A stretch of DNA of 64,000 nt. It comes from Octopus sinensis. Its lineage: Eukaryota. The DNA lies in NCBI RefSeq assembly GCF_006345805.1, contig NC_043001.1, forward strand, positions 78,492,001 to 78,556,000, written 5' to 3'. Both the position numbers and the translations under genes were made by a program. Below are positions 27,531-40,949 of the stretch, piece after piece. The notes beneath the pieces are model-generated. The model made no database searches. It saw only the letters and a program-made list of their open reading frames with translations, and had not been told where the DNA came from. Position 1 is the stretch's first letter; every line of letters begins with the position of its first letter.

Positions 27531-29024
27531 GAGGTTTGCTTTTCAAGTGTATGTATCCGTATTCGATGCTTCTGCATAACTCGATGGGTTTGTGTTGTCG
27601 CTTACTATAGGCTTTGTATGGCCTAAAATATTATGAATGATTCTTCGTTGGTGGAAGCTGAATACCTTTCTTGGTCGATAATCTTAATACTTATCCATCG
27701 TTTAGTCCGCCGTATTGATTGGTTTTAATGGAGTCCACTTGTTTGTCAAAATCCCCGTCATGCCTTCAGTGTGAAACTAATGTCCACTCTTCGAATCTTT
27801 CTCCCACAACCTCGGAACCCTTCAAAATGTTTTGGGCTAGGTCATTTTGTTTTTCATCGCAAATTAGAAAATATTAAAATATTTATTGATCCTTTTTGGA
27901 TTAGAACTCAAAGCGGAGAGCGATTAAACAAATACTGCTTTATATCTAATCCAGATGTGGATGAATTAGCGAGTAAATCTCGAATGGGCAGATAGTAGTG
28001 ATGCTTTCCATTAATCAAAACTAATAAAGAGGAAACAATTTCATTAACTGTTAATTAACTGTTAACAATTATTAAACAATAAGTCAATTAATAAACGATT
28101 ACTCAATAATTAGTAAATCTGGGGCCCATTAAAAAACTGGCCCTGCTACTTTCTGTGATTTTTAAATCTATTTCTATTTGTTCCTCTTCTTTAGCATTGA
28201 AAAACATTATTCTATTTATTCCCCTTCAGAAGCATTTCTGTTTGTTCCTCTTCTTTTGCATTCAGAAGCATCATTCTCATTCTATTTCGTTTACTGGCTC
28301 TTTTAATGATTTACTTCAACCAAGGCACAAATCAAATGTTTGAAGAAGGAAGCGTATATTACTGCCCCAGTCATTTTCGGGGTCTTTAAAATCAACCCCA
28401 GTAAATGTCTATCAAGTCTAATGTCTATAGACTGTTTTGTTTTTATGTTTGTGCTTCATGAAGACAATCCCACTACACCTCAATTATATCTAGGTTCTGT
28501 GAAATAATTCCTTGTGTATGTATTTGTTTTATCTAAACTGGAAGGGTGAAATGCAAAGATGATTTGGTATTTCAATAAAGAAAATTATGATTTATGCCTG
28601 TAATACATGTTTTTATTTTCCCAAATCATCGGACAAAATATGCACTTTTTCGTTATTTTCTCAAATCATTCAAATAACATAAGGTTAGAGGATATGGGAT
28701 TCATGTGTGGAATTTAGATAAAACGAAAGAATATTTTCAGAATATTTCAGACATAAGTTACGTAAAGAACATGATCACAATCATGAAAAAGTTTGCAGCT
28801 ACAAACCCTATCTTCTTGGACTTAGCCTTAAATCCGTCACATTATTAGACAGTAGGTGTTCTTTAAGAAAGAATTTGGCTTCTGCTTCTAGCAGTTTGAA
28901 TGACCTCTAAGAAGCCCTCTTTTTTTACTGTGGTGTACCGTTGGTATACGGAGACCAGCTCTATCTTTTGTACATGGGGGTAATTCTACATATTTAGTAA
29001 AGATAATCCGTTCCCCGGTTTTAT

Positions 29025-29235
29025 ATTAGTTTCAAATTTTGGCACAGGTCCAACAATTTTAGAGGAAGGGTAAGCAGATTACATCGAACCCATTCAACTG
29101 GTACTATTTTGTCAACCATCGAAGGGGATGAAAGGCAAATTCAATCTCGGTGGAATTTAAACTCAGAATGTGAAAGCGGAGGAAATGCCACTAAGCATTT
29201 TGCCCATCATGCTAACGATTCTGCCAGCTCGCCGC
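29025..29235 (-). mobile_element. SINE family A
   Basis: Ends CTAACGATTCTGCCAGCTCGCCGC and lies inverted to the copy at 29269. Confidence 0.8.
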
Positions 29236-29268
29236 TCTAGTTTTGATATTGGTATTAATGCAAAGAAA

Positions 29269-29478
29269 GGCAGCGAGCTGGCAGAAACGTTAGCACGCTG
29301 GGCAAAATGCTTAGCGGCATTTCGTGTCCTTGCGTTCTGAGTTCAAATTCCACCGAGGTCGACTTTGCCTTTCATCCTTTCGGGGTCGATGAAATAAGTA
29401 CCAGTTATGCGCTGGAGTTGATATAATCTACATTCCACTCCCCCAAAATTTCTGGCCTTGTGCCTGCTGTAGAAAGGA
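29269..29478 (+). mobile_element. SINE family A with TSD
   Basis: GGCAGCGAGCTGGCAGAAACGTTAGCACG head. TATTAATGCAA occurs at 29253-29263 and 29479-29489. Confidence 0.9.
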
Positions 29479-29960
29479 TATTAATGCAAGGATACTGATG
29501 CGTACGGTGGAGTGGATTCCTATCTTATTGCGAACATTCTAACTGTGTCTGGTCTGTCTATACATTAACAAATTGTTGTTATACTTGTCTCTGAATCTTC
29601 CCTCTTTGAGTCTATTTATTAGAATGTACAAACGAATGTGGCTCTGCAGCAAAGGGACTTAGTGGTACACAGAGAAATCAGCTCTGTGAGACCAGCGAGG
29701 TGAAGCTTCCTTATTTAGTACCAAAATATGTTTCAGTTGAGCAAGTTACATGGATCAAAATAACGATTTAATAGCATCACACAATCCTTAGTTTCCAGAA
29801 TGCTTGCTATTTGTTAAATTCACTACCGCTTTCCTCTCCAACACGCCATTAACTTGGGATTTTGCGGTTTAAATAAACAATATATCAGACTTCAGCGTTA
29901 AAAATATATCGGTGTACTCTGTCATCATTCTCAATTGCAGTATCACAAGTTGAATGGTTC

Positions 29961-30143
29961 TATATTTAAGAGATGAGGAGTTATATACATTATTTACATT
30001 ATTTTACATTTATCATTATTTACATTTATCATCTTGTTTGTTAGCACAACATTACGGCTGATATACCCTCCAGCCTTCATTAAGTATCTTGGGGAAGTTT
30101 CGAACCTGGGTTCTCATCCCTAAGGTATTTTTCGATGTTGTTG

Positions 30144-30175
<32 letters not shown>

Positions 30176-30980
30176 ATTATTATTATCTTGGAATCCCGCG
30201 TAAGTAGTCCGCACTCTTAACCACTATGCCATATGCCCGTGGACAATCATGGAGTGAATTTTAGGGCCTATAAATCTATTATTTTCCTATCCTTCCTTAA
30301 TACCGGTTCCCATATACTATTCATATCTGCATTCGGTCTGCTTAGGATGTTGTTGTGTCCTAGAATATGTTCTGTTTGTTTTAATTTTCGTATTTTTCAG
30401 TGGTGTTCTCTGTCTATTATTTTAACTTCATTCATCGGGGGAAGGGTCACCATTTTGTTTTTCTCCCTGTGGAATGAAGTTAAAATTATAGACAAAGAAC
30501 ACCACTGGAAAATACGAAAACTAAAAGAAAAGCACATATGCTAGGACACAACAACCACCTAAGCAGACCGAGTGCAGATATGAATAGCATATGGGAACCG
30601 GTATTACGGAAGGATAGGAAAATGTCAGATTTATAAGCCCTAAATTTCATTCCATAATTGCCCACGGGCATATGGCATAGTGGTTAAGAGCGCGGGCTAC
30701 TAACCGGGGTACTAACCAAGATTTCGAGTTTGATTCCAGGCAGTGACCTTAATAATAATAATAATAATAATAGTAATAATAATAATAACAACAACAACAA
30801 TGATAATAATAACAATAAGAATAAGAACACCAATGGAAAATACGAATAAGAACCTAGGAATAAGAAATAGGAATAAAAACCTAGGTTCGAAATTTCTCTA
30901 AGGCTGAAGGGATATATCACCCGAAACATTGTGTTAACAACAAATAAGATGAGGACAAATATCCGTCAAATGTTAATAAT
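29961..30980. mobile_element. Fold-back PLE-derived element (GIY-YIG tail, tRNA-like box, AAT tract and hammerhead remnant in each arm)
   Basis: The arms are reverse complements around a 38-nt loop (30435-30472). The right arm encodes WNEVKIIDKEHHWKIRKLKE...WEP (PLE endonuclease C-terminus). Direct repeat GTTGAATGGTTC at 29949-29960 and 30981-30992. Confidence 0.85.
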
Positions 30981-31213
30981 GTTGAATGGTTCAACTAAGA
31001 TTTCCTTAATTCAACTAAGATTTTCCCTAAACTCGATAAAACAATGAACAGCGAGTCGAATATGGAGTGGGGTGGGTCAGCAACAATGCGATATTATAAC
31101 CTGCTAAAATGGCAGCCAAATATCTGTAGCAAACATCACCACCACCACCACCACCAACATCTTCAGAACACAGGACTTCGGATAAATATATATAGTCAGA
31201 GGTACTGATCATA

Positions 31214-31253
<40 letters not shown>

Positions 31254-31422
31254 ATCAATGGTACTGACTTTGGATATATATATATATATATACATAGTCA
31301 GTGGTACACAACGCTTAAAAATGTTCAAGAAAAAATACAGAACGGTGAGGCGTTAAGACCGGTGTGACTTTTCTCAAAGGTCATCATGATCAGAGCTGAC
31401 CTGGGATTTAAAAACTTAAACA

Positions 31423-31463
<41 letters not shown>

Positions 31464-31895
31464 GAATACAAATACGAACACATAGCAGTAATATACGCTT
31501 CGTTCTTCAAATATTTGCTTTGTGCCTCAGTTGAAGTAAGTCATTAAAAGAGCCAGCAAACTGAATGGAATGGGAATAATGCTTCTGAACGCAAAAGAAG
31601 AGGAACAAATAAAAACTATATTCCCCAAGAAACATAGAATGGAACGACCGAATGCAAATATACACCGGATCTATTTAGCAAGATAAAATGCATAATAGAA
31701 GTCTTACACAATTGGCGACATTTGTCAAGTTATCCATCTTTACTTTGGACATCAATCTTGCAAGGAAATAAGACATATAATTGCAAATTATACAACCACA
31801 TGATTATTCTATTCAACAGAAGAGCGTGGAGAAAATCTACGAAGGAAAATATAAGGTTATATGTGCGTGTGTCTGTGTATCTGGTTGTGTGTACG

Positions 31896-31967
<72 letters not shown>

Positions 31968-31987
31968 ATGTATATGTATATATATGC

Positions 31988-32030
<43 letters not shown>

Positions 32031-32589
32031 TATATATATACGAATACCCAAATACATGTATATATGCATATGCATATGTATATATATAGAGAGAGATATA
32101 CATATATATATGTATGGATATATACGTATATAAATGTCTAGGTGTGCATGCGTATAGGTATATAAGAATGTTGATACATACACGCATATATATATACATG
32201 AGTGTGTATGCATATATATGTATATATATGTATATATATATATATATATGTATGTATATATATACATACATGCATACATACAAGTATATGGACACATACA
32301 TATATATATATATATAAATATATATACTTAACTGTGTGTGTATCTATGTATACAGGTATGTACTTATTTGTATGTATGTTAAACAAACATCCTGATAAGT
32401 GTTCCAAAATTCACAAGCACACGAAAATCTCGCTCACCAGAAAACAGACATAAAAATGTCTAAAACAAGATCAGATACTAAAAGAACAACACTTAGACAC
32501 TTAGAAGAGGAAAAACATACACGTACACTCACATACTTAACCACAGATGCACAACATACACATGTGCATACACGTAGAAACACAAATAG

Positions 32590-32795
32590 AAGGCTGAAGT
32601 GAAAAGCCAGCGCTTCAAGCCAAGAGATGAAAAGATAACCTACAGGACGCAACGAACAAGGAAAAGGTAATGAAACTACTATACGGTCAGTTAGCTGGAA
32701 GATGAAATAAATCTGATTGTTGACTGAAAAATTTAAGCCTAAAAGTAGAAACGGAAGGCCTTATAATTGCAGCTCAGCATCAAAGCTTTCCATCA
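32590..32795 (+). pseudogene. R4/Dong-like LINE fragment (post-RT region)
   Basis: LKNLSLKVETEGLIIAAQHQSFP matches the LKxETEGLIxAAQDQxL motif of RLE-type LINEs. Confidence 0.7.
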
Positions 32796-33000
32796 ATGAG
32801 GCTAAAAATAAAATAAAGTAAAATAATAAATAAATGAATGAATAAATATGTGTTGAGATTGTAAACATCTCTTGTAGTGTCACACGCTGGTAATGTGGCG
32901 TTGACAATAGACATCATTCTAACTCGAACTTGATTCTATCAGTAGCTATGTGGTTCCTATTCAACCAGTTTCAAACCAGATCAGTACAGTTCGAGTAAAT

Positions 33001-33387
33001 CAATGACTCTAAACCATTTTTTTTAATCTAAGGACCTCTTTTGATTAGATTTTATTCTGGTGGATCCGAAAAGCCATTCTGTGTTAAACTAAAAAACAAA
33101 AAATAGTTTTATAGATACTACTTTCAAATTTTTTTTTGTTGATCACGTATTCATTTGTGTAAGCCGAACTATATAAAATATCAAAGAACGAAACCTTACC
33201 GTTTCTTCCAATAAATACATATGAAGCAAAAATTTTCATGGACCCATAAAATACACCAGTGGACCTAATTTACTGCTTAGCCTGTGTGGACTCCTCAAAA
33301 TCTTATGTGAACTCCAAGGGACCATATAGACTCTGAGGAGATATACGGACTCCAGTGGACAAAATGGATCTCGTATGAGAAACACTA
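33001..33387. mobile_element. hAT (Charlie-like) MITE
   Basis: Degenerate TIRs CAATGACTCTAAACC and TATGAGAAACACTA. 8-bp TSD GAGTAAAT/AAGTAAAT. The interior is homologous to 58901-59557. Confidence 0.7.
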
Positions 33388-33469
33388 AAGTAAATCAACG
33401 TTTTTCTAGCCATAACCATTCATCCCCACCTCCACCAAAGAAATTTCTCAAATGTATTGATTTTTCTTT

Positions 33470-33680
33470 TACCTTACCTTTTATTTTCCAAGTCATTGGA
33501 CTGTGACTGTTGGGGCACCGCTCTGAAGTGCTTAGTTAAAAAAACCCAACCAGTTACTTATTATGATGCCTGGTACCTATTCTACCGGTCTGTTCATTGT
33601 ACCACTAGGTAACAGGGACATTAACAAACCAGCACCAGTTACCAAGCGTTGAATGGAGTGACGAAAACAAGCACAGTCAG
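33470..33680 (-). mobile_element. SINE family B, 3' half, diverged
   Basis: GGGGCACCGC...CCACTAGGTAACAGGGACATTAACAAACCAGCACCAGTTACCAAGCG. Confidence 0.6.
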
Positions 33681-33708
33681 CCCATGTATATATACATACA
33701 TATACATA

Positions 33709-33762
<54 letters not shown>

Positions 33763-33775
33763 TATATATATATAT

Positions 33776-33818
<43 letters not shown>

Positions 33819-34113
33819 ATATATGCATGTATATACATATGTAGGCATATGTCTACACATATGTGTATGTATATCTGTCTAAACACATTTACTTCCGCAT
33901 TGGTAATACATGTTTAAATGTATTTGTTTTCCCGAATATATTGAACTTCTTGATTAAACGTCAGACGATACCGTAAAGTCTTACTCAGACACTCCACTAT
34001 GACTCCGCTACACCTTATACCTGAAACAGCTGTAATGAAGTTCGTAAGATAATCGTTTATTCTTTTATGTTTTCTTAAATATGTGTGTCTGTTTCTCTGT
34101 GCGTGTGTGTATT

Positions 34114-34145
<32 letters not shown>

Positions 34146-34166
34146 TATAGATAGATAGATAGATAG

Positions 34167-34291
<125 letters not shown>

Positions 34292-35073
34292 GTATAAATA
34301 TTAATTAAACCATCCACTAGGGTGAAAGCGTCATTCCTGATAGCTTTATATAGGAGTTGAATATGATCCAATAAGGATTGTGTGAGGAATTTGTCTACAC
34401 CTCATCTTCACAATGGGAAGGAAACAGGCCGGAAACTGTCTGTCTGGAGAAGCTAAAGTTTTTCATCTTCACATTGAAAACATAGAGTCAAAGTGTTTAT
34501 ATTATTACAATTTCATGACCTAGCTAAGGTTTAATAATAATTATATTTATTATAATCTTTCTAGTTTTCAGTGTGTTATTAATTACGCACACACTAACAT
34601 ATAGTTTTACACATATTTTTATAGATACATACAGGTTCCACCGTAGTAAAATGATTTCGAAGTGAGAATTAAAATATATAGTGCGAGAACGTCGACACAA
34701 CTAAAACTATATTTTTTGTTTTTCTCACCCTTAAACAAATATCTATATCTATCGTTAGATTTTGCAGCCCTCGCAGCATTTGTACTTAGCGAACGCTTCT
34801 ATAGTCAACAATAATCAAAGCTATATTTACATAGATACATGAAACACATACATACATACATACATACTACATACATACATACATACATACATACATACAT
34901 ACATACAAACATATATACATATATACATACATACATACATACATATATACATACATATATACATACATACATATATAGGTACATTTATACATACATACAC
35001 ACATACATACGTACATAAATACATACATACATACATACGTATGTACGTACGTACATACACAAAAAGAGACATT

Positions 35074-35112
<39 letters not shown>

Positions 35113-35275
35113 TATATATATTATATTACATATATATATATCTATATACTTATATACATACACTGACAGTCACACGATTACCTTAATACATTCTTATATA
35201 TACCAATGTGGATATGAAGACTTATCACATATAAATGTTTATATCTATCTGTCTATCTATCAATCTATCTTGCTC

Positions 35276-35311
<36 letters not shown>

Positions 35312-35325
35312 CCTATATATCTATC

Positions 35326-35393
<68 letters not shown>

Positions 35394-35520
35394 TGATCTA
35401 CAACCCACACACACACATTGGCAGGCAAACAAACTACATCACACTATATATATTTTAATATTTTTTCAGTTTTGCAATCTTCAGCATTTCGGTACAGTGT
35501 GAAATAATAATATAATAATA

Positions 35521-35552
<32 letters not shown>

Positions 35553-35657
35553 TAATAATAATAATAATAATATAATATAATAATAATACAGCTAAATGTG
35601 CCGCCGATTTCATTCTCTCTTTCCCACATTTGCTCTCTCTCTCTCTCTTTCTCTCTC

Positions 35658-35708
<51 letters not shown>

Positions 35709-36238
35709 TATATATATATATGCATATATATATATACATATACACACATATATATACATACAAATGCTTATACAATATGTACACATATTAGATATACATA
35801 TATATGTACAATACTTTATTTAGTATGTATGCATATATGTCGGAAATGTGACGGATATTATTCTATATTCCTTAACATCTCATAACAACAGTGTTTAAAC
35901 GACATCCACTGAGAGATATACAAGTGACAATACATGATTTTCTATTTACGATAGTCATTTTGCTTTGCTAAGTCGTTCGGTAATGAAAGAAAATGAAAAG
36001 GTACTCCCAGTGCACAGGGGAGGTAATTGTTTTATAACGACATTTTCATTCTTTTCATATTGAGAAGAATATTCATAGATTTTTTTTTTCTCGTTCAGAT
36101 GAGGAAAAATAAAAGAAATATTTAGAAGTCAAAGGCATACCAAATACAAAACGACATGTCTTAAAAAGAAAAACTATTCATCTATCTATTTTCTTTCTTT
36201 TTTCCTCTTATCTAGATATGTAGAACATTTGATTCTAA

Positions 36239-36325
<87 letters not shown>

Positions 36326-36429
36326 ATTATTATTATTATTATTATTATTATATTATTATTATTATTATCATCATCATCATCATCATCATCATCAGCATTA
36401 TTATTATTATTATTATTATTATTAATATT

Positions 36430-36460
<31 letters not shown>

Positions 36461-36644
36461 TTAATATTTTTATTATTATTATTATTATGTTAACGGTACT
36501 GAAATGTTGAAGATCGCAAAAATGGTGGGGAAAAAATTAAACTATGAAGCGGAACTTCTTCAAGAGATCTAGTTTATATTTCAGCTCGCTGTTACATAAG
36601 TTTCTTGTCTTCATAGATGTACTTCTTCGTAGCTTTGATTGTAA

Positions 36645-36679
<35 letters not shown>

Positions 36680-36812
36680 ATATATACGCGCGTAGATACA
36701 TTCATATCCATATACCTACGCATGTACATGCTTATGTGTGTGTATACATATGTATGTATATATACATACATACATACATACATGCATACATACATACATA
36801 CATACATACACA

Positions 36813-36846
<34 letters not shown>

Positions 36847-37895
36847 AATATATATATATAAAAACACTGACGTGTTCACACCACTTCTCAGACACGTTGT
36901 TAAATATACAAACACATGAGTTTGGAAGTTCATATATATGTGTGCGTGTTCTTGCGAGCGTGTGCGGATGGGTGGCGTGGGAACGTATACATACACAGAC
37001 ACAAATGCACACACATATCTACACATACACACACACACACACATACACACATAGCTAAATACTTGCATAAACAGACATACATACTCATAGAGATGTGCCC
37101 GTGTATACTCATGCAAAGGCATAAGCACTCACTGACTCACTGATCAATGTACGAGGTTCATAAACAAAACAAACAAACAAACAAACAAACAAATAAAGAA
37201 ATAGAGAAACAAACAAACAAATGAAGAAACAAATAAATAAAACTGAATATTATAACTATTAAGTTGGCAATTGTTCAAAGCGATAGGTCAGGAATATGCT
37301 GTTAAGTTCTTTTGTGTTATATATTTTTTTTATCTGAAGCTCGACGCAACATTTCAATAAAATCAAGTTTCTTTGTGGATCTTTTTAACTAAAATTAAAT
37401 TGTATTTTCTTTTTTTTTCTTTTTGTTGTTATTTTTTTCAAAAATATATATATTATCTTTCCACATGACATACTATAATTGTCGTTGTTCTTGTGAACAA
37501 CAACAACGACGACGACGACGACGACGGCGACGATCATAATGATGATGATAGCAACAACAACAAAAACAACAACAACAACAACAACAATGATAATAATAAT
37601 AGTAATAGTAATAATAATAATAACAATAATCCTAATAATAATAACAATAACAAAACAACAAGGATAACCATTTCCAATGAATTTCTCTCCGACTAAGTGC
37701 AATCTTATATATATACATATATATATATATATAATATAATATATATATATATATGTGTGGTGTGTGTGTGTGTGCGTGTATGTGTATATTTTTATATATG
37801 TATATATATATATATATGTATGTGTGTGGTGTGTGTGTGTAGAAGTGATATATATATATGTTGTGCGTGTGTGTGCGTGTATGTGTATATTTTTA

Positions 37896-37944
<49 letters not shown>

Positions 37945-37963
37945 GTGTGTGTGTGTAGAAGTG

Positions 37964-38001
<38 letters not shown>

Positions 38002-38269
38002 AGAAGTGATATATATATATATATATATATACCGGAGTAAACACATAAATGTGAAACAAGGTGGGAAAAAGAGTACCCAAATACCAGTGGTAGAGTAATA
38101 TGCTTTATGTAAAGCAGCAGAAAATTCAACAAAATCTGTTACTCGTTTCTCGTTGCCGTTCATTAGACAGTTTTTGCTAGAATGGAACCGATATATCAAT
38201 TCAATCTAGACTCTTACAAACGCTACGCCTTTAAAAAAAATGGACTTGTTTGATTGGTCCTTTAGTGCC

Positions 38270-38746
38270 TTTAGTGCCGAGCCCATTAAGAAATGCAATT
38301 TCAAAAACGAAAACTCCTGTCAGTTAGAAGGGAAATGTCTAGTGAAAGGTGTAGTTTATAGAGCCAAGGTGCAAGTAGAAGGCTCATCGGAATACAAGAC
38401 ATACACAGGGGCTTCAGAAAATTCATTTAAAACACGATTTTATTCACATAAAAATTCATTTAAATACCCAGAGAATAGGAAGAGGACCAGCCTAGCAAAA
38501 TATGTCTGGGAACTAAAAGAAAATGAAACCCCACCTTTCAACGTGACATGGAGCATTCTGGATTGAGCGGCACCATACAGGCATGGAGCATACAGAAATA
38601 ATTTTAAATGCAAACTTTGCCTATTAGAAAAAATGTACATTTTATTCAAAGACAATAATTCTTTGAATCAAAGAAGTGAGCTAATGAACTTATGTAGGCA
38701 CGCAACTAAATTTAAAATGTCGAATATAAATATACCATATGGATAG
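38270..38746 (+). pseudogene. PLE GIY-YIG endonuclease domain, one internal stop
   Basis: KKCNFKNENSCQLEGKCLVKGVVYRAKV...YTGASENSFKTRFYSHKNSF...TSLAKYVWELK...WSILD*AAPY...CKLCLLEK...LNQRSEL...CRHATKF. There is a single TGA at 38564-38566 and no frameshift. Confidence 0.92.
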
Positions 38747-39853
38747 AGTATATATTTTGTATTTTTGATTTTGACTCTTGAACTAGTATGTAAACGCTAC
38801 GATGGATTTTGTTTCGCGCTATGCAGATTTCATTCCGTATAGCAAAGTCTTATATTTCTACATATACATTAGGAAAAACCTTCGACTTTGTTTATTTCAT
38901 GTTATTGTATTGTATAGGATTACCTCGATTTTTAATTTATAGATGATCCAAAATAGGGTGTTAGATTTTATTTTATATGTCTTTCGTATATATTTTTTAT
39001 TATTGCACTCATTTTTTTTTTAAAAAGCAATGTTGTCAAAAATTAGAATTTTGATATAAGTATGTGTATAGCCATGGATATGTATTTGTAAGCATGCGTA
39101 TCTGTGTATGTTTAAGTGAGCGTATGTTTGTGCTTAAGCACACATATACACGACTATATGTGTATGTATCCATTCGAACTTGTGTATTTGTATACTTGTC
39201 TCCATATATGTCAATAATGCGGTTACACAGCTTGTATACACAATTTTTCTTATTTCGTTTTTTTCCCCACCCCTTCTTTTTCTTTTTTCCTTCCCCTTCT
39301 TCGTTCCTTTTTCTCTCTCTTCCTTTCTTTCGTTTTTTTTTCTAACTGATACTGATACAACTTTACGTCCCCCTTACTTAAGCTTTACTCAGTATATGAG
39401 AATCGCTACATCGATGATTTTAATTTGCGTGCGAGATAAATTGCGTGCATATATGTACGCATGCATTTATGTGTATATTTTATATTTATATTTATACGTC
39501 TGTATACGTATGGCGTTTGCACGCATCCTTCTGTGTATGTTGATATATATATGTACACTTTAATATAAATATGTATTGCAGTGTAATATTTATAATAGGT
39601 TTTAATTTCTATGCATTAATTATACTTTCTTCATTAACGTCAATATGTATTTTATTCAATGTAAGGTTTTTTCCTCGAATTTTATAATTTTTATAATCTT
39701 TTATATATATATACATATATTTTCAAGCTTTTTTTGTTTATCGCTCGAAGATTGACCGTTATTTCTAAAGGGCCAATCAAACAAGTCCATTTTTTTTAAA
39801 GGTGTAGCGTTTGTAAGAGTCTAGATTGAATTGATATATCGGTTCCATTCTAG

Positions 39854-39903
39854 CAAAAACTGTCTGATGAACGGCAACGAGAAACTTAGAGTAACAAATT
39901 TTG
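39854..39903 (+). ncRNA. Type I hammerhead-like motif with intact CUGAUGA/GAAA core and GUA site
   Basis: CAAAAACTGT-CTGATGA-A-CG-gcaa-CG-A-GAAAC-TTAGA-GTA-ACAAATTTTG. Stem II is very short. The inverted twin at 38130-38176 has core CTAATGA. Confidence 0.65.
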
Positions 39904-39930
39904 TTGAATTTTCTGCTGCTTTAAATAAAG

Positions 39931-39967
<37 letters not shown>

Positions 39968-40263
39968 TCGCACATGCGTATGTTAATGTGCATGTGTGTG
40001 TGTGTATTGGCGTCATAAGTAGCTTTTATATATATAATAATAATGATAACAATAATAATAATAATTATAATGATAATAATAATAATAAATTTTGGGAGAA
40101 AGTGAAGTGATTCTGTTTGGAAGACAGGATGTCGAAGTACATAAAACTGGTAGTAGTAAAGGTATAAGGAAATCGAAAAAGTCGAAGGGTAACTTCAACA
40201 TTTGCTATCGAAAAAACTTCATCAATCCAGAAGTTACATACTATTGCTTATGGTTTTGCGTAA

Positions 40264-40460
40264 GACGGCGAGATGGCATAAGAGTTAGCATGTCTGGCTA
40301 AATGCTTAGCGGCATTCCGTCAGTGTTTACGTTCTGCTTTCAAATTCCTCCTGCAATCGACTTTGCATTTTATCATTTCGGGGTAGATAAAACAAATATC
40401 ACTAGGGTCGATGTAATCGACTCACCCCACCTCCAAAATAGCTGTCTGTGTGCCAAAGTT
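40264..40460 (+). mobile_element. SINE family A, diverged
   Basis: GACGGCGAGATGGCA...AAATGCTTAGCGGCATT...TCGACTTTGCATTTTATCATTTCGGGGTAGATAAA. Confidence 0.75.
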
Positions 40461-40949
40461 CGAAATCATTATTTATGGTTTTGCATTCTTCAATACCCAC
40501 ATATATATCCGAATATATATAAATTCAAATATACATAAATTTTATAAAGCGATGATTTTTTAACGCAAAAACAACTTTTTTTAAATTTCCGTGTGACTCA
40601 ACTGTTATCGCCTTCAAATGTAAAAGCTTGTCCTCCTTTGAAGCCCCTGATTGAGACTTTGGCACTGCTTGTACTTATTTAATCAACTGATGGTTGCTTT
40701 AATGATACCGCAATGACAGAGGGCAAAGTCGGCGAAATTTGAATACAGAATGCATAGACGAACGAACTAATGCTAAGATATTAGTCCATTGTGCATACGG
40801 TTTTATAACCTTAATTATAATAATAATAACTAGCAATGCATTTCGATGTTGCTCGGGTGTTATGACCTACACGCACATTGTATTATTTGCTCCTTTCTTA
40901 TGGACTGCATTGACACAGCTGATTTATGGTTAATGGAATAGTGGAAGTT

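Larger units (their letters stand above)
38033..39930 (+). mobile_element. 5'-truncated Penelope-like element with inverted terminal pLTRs
   Basis: 38103-38265 is a near-perfect reverse complement of 39765-39930. The GIY-YIG frame lies between them, and both outer ends abut (TA)n. Confidence 0.9.

Noticed and set aside
30666-30740. tRNA gene (also heads at 1441-1490, 7863, 10600-10643, 45706, 46929)
   Set aside because: A and B boxes are present but there is no complete cloverleaf or acceptor stem. Each continues into a repeat body, so these are SINE heads.
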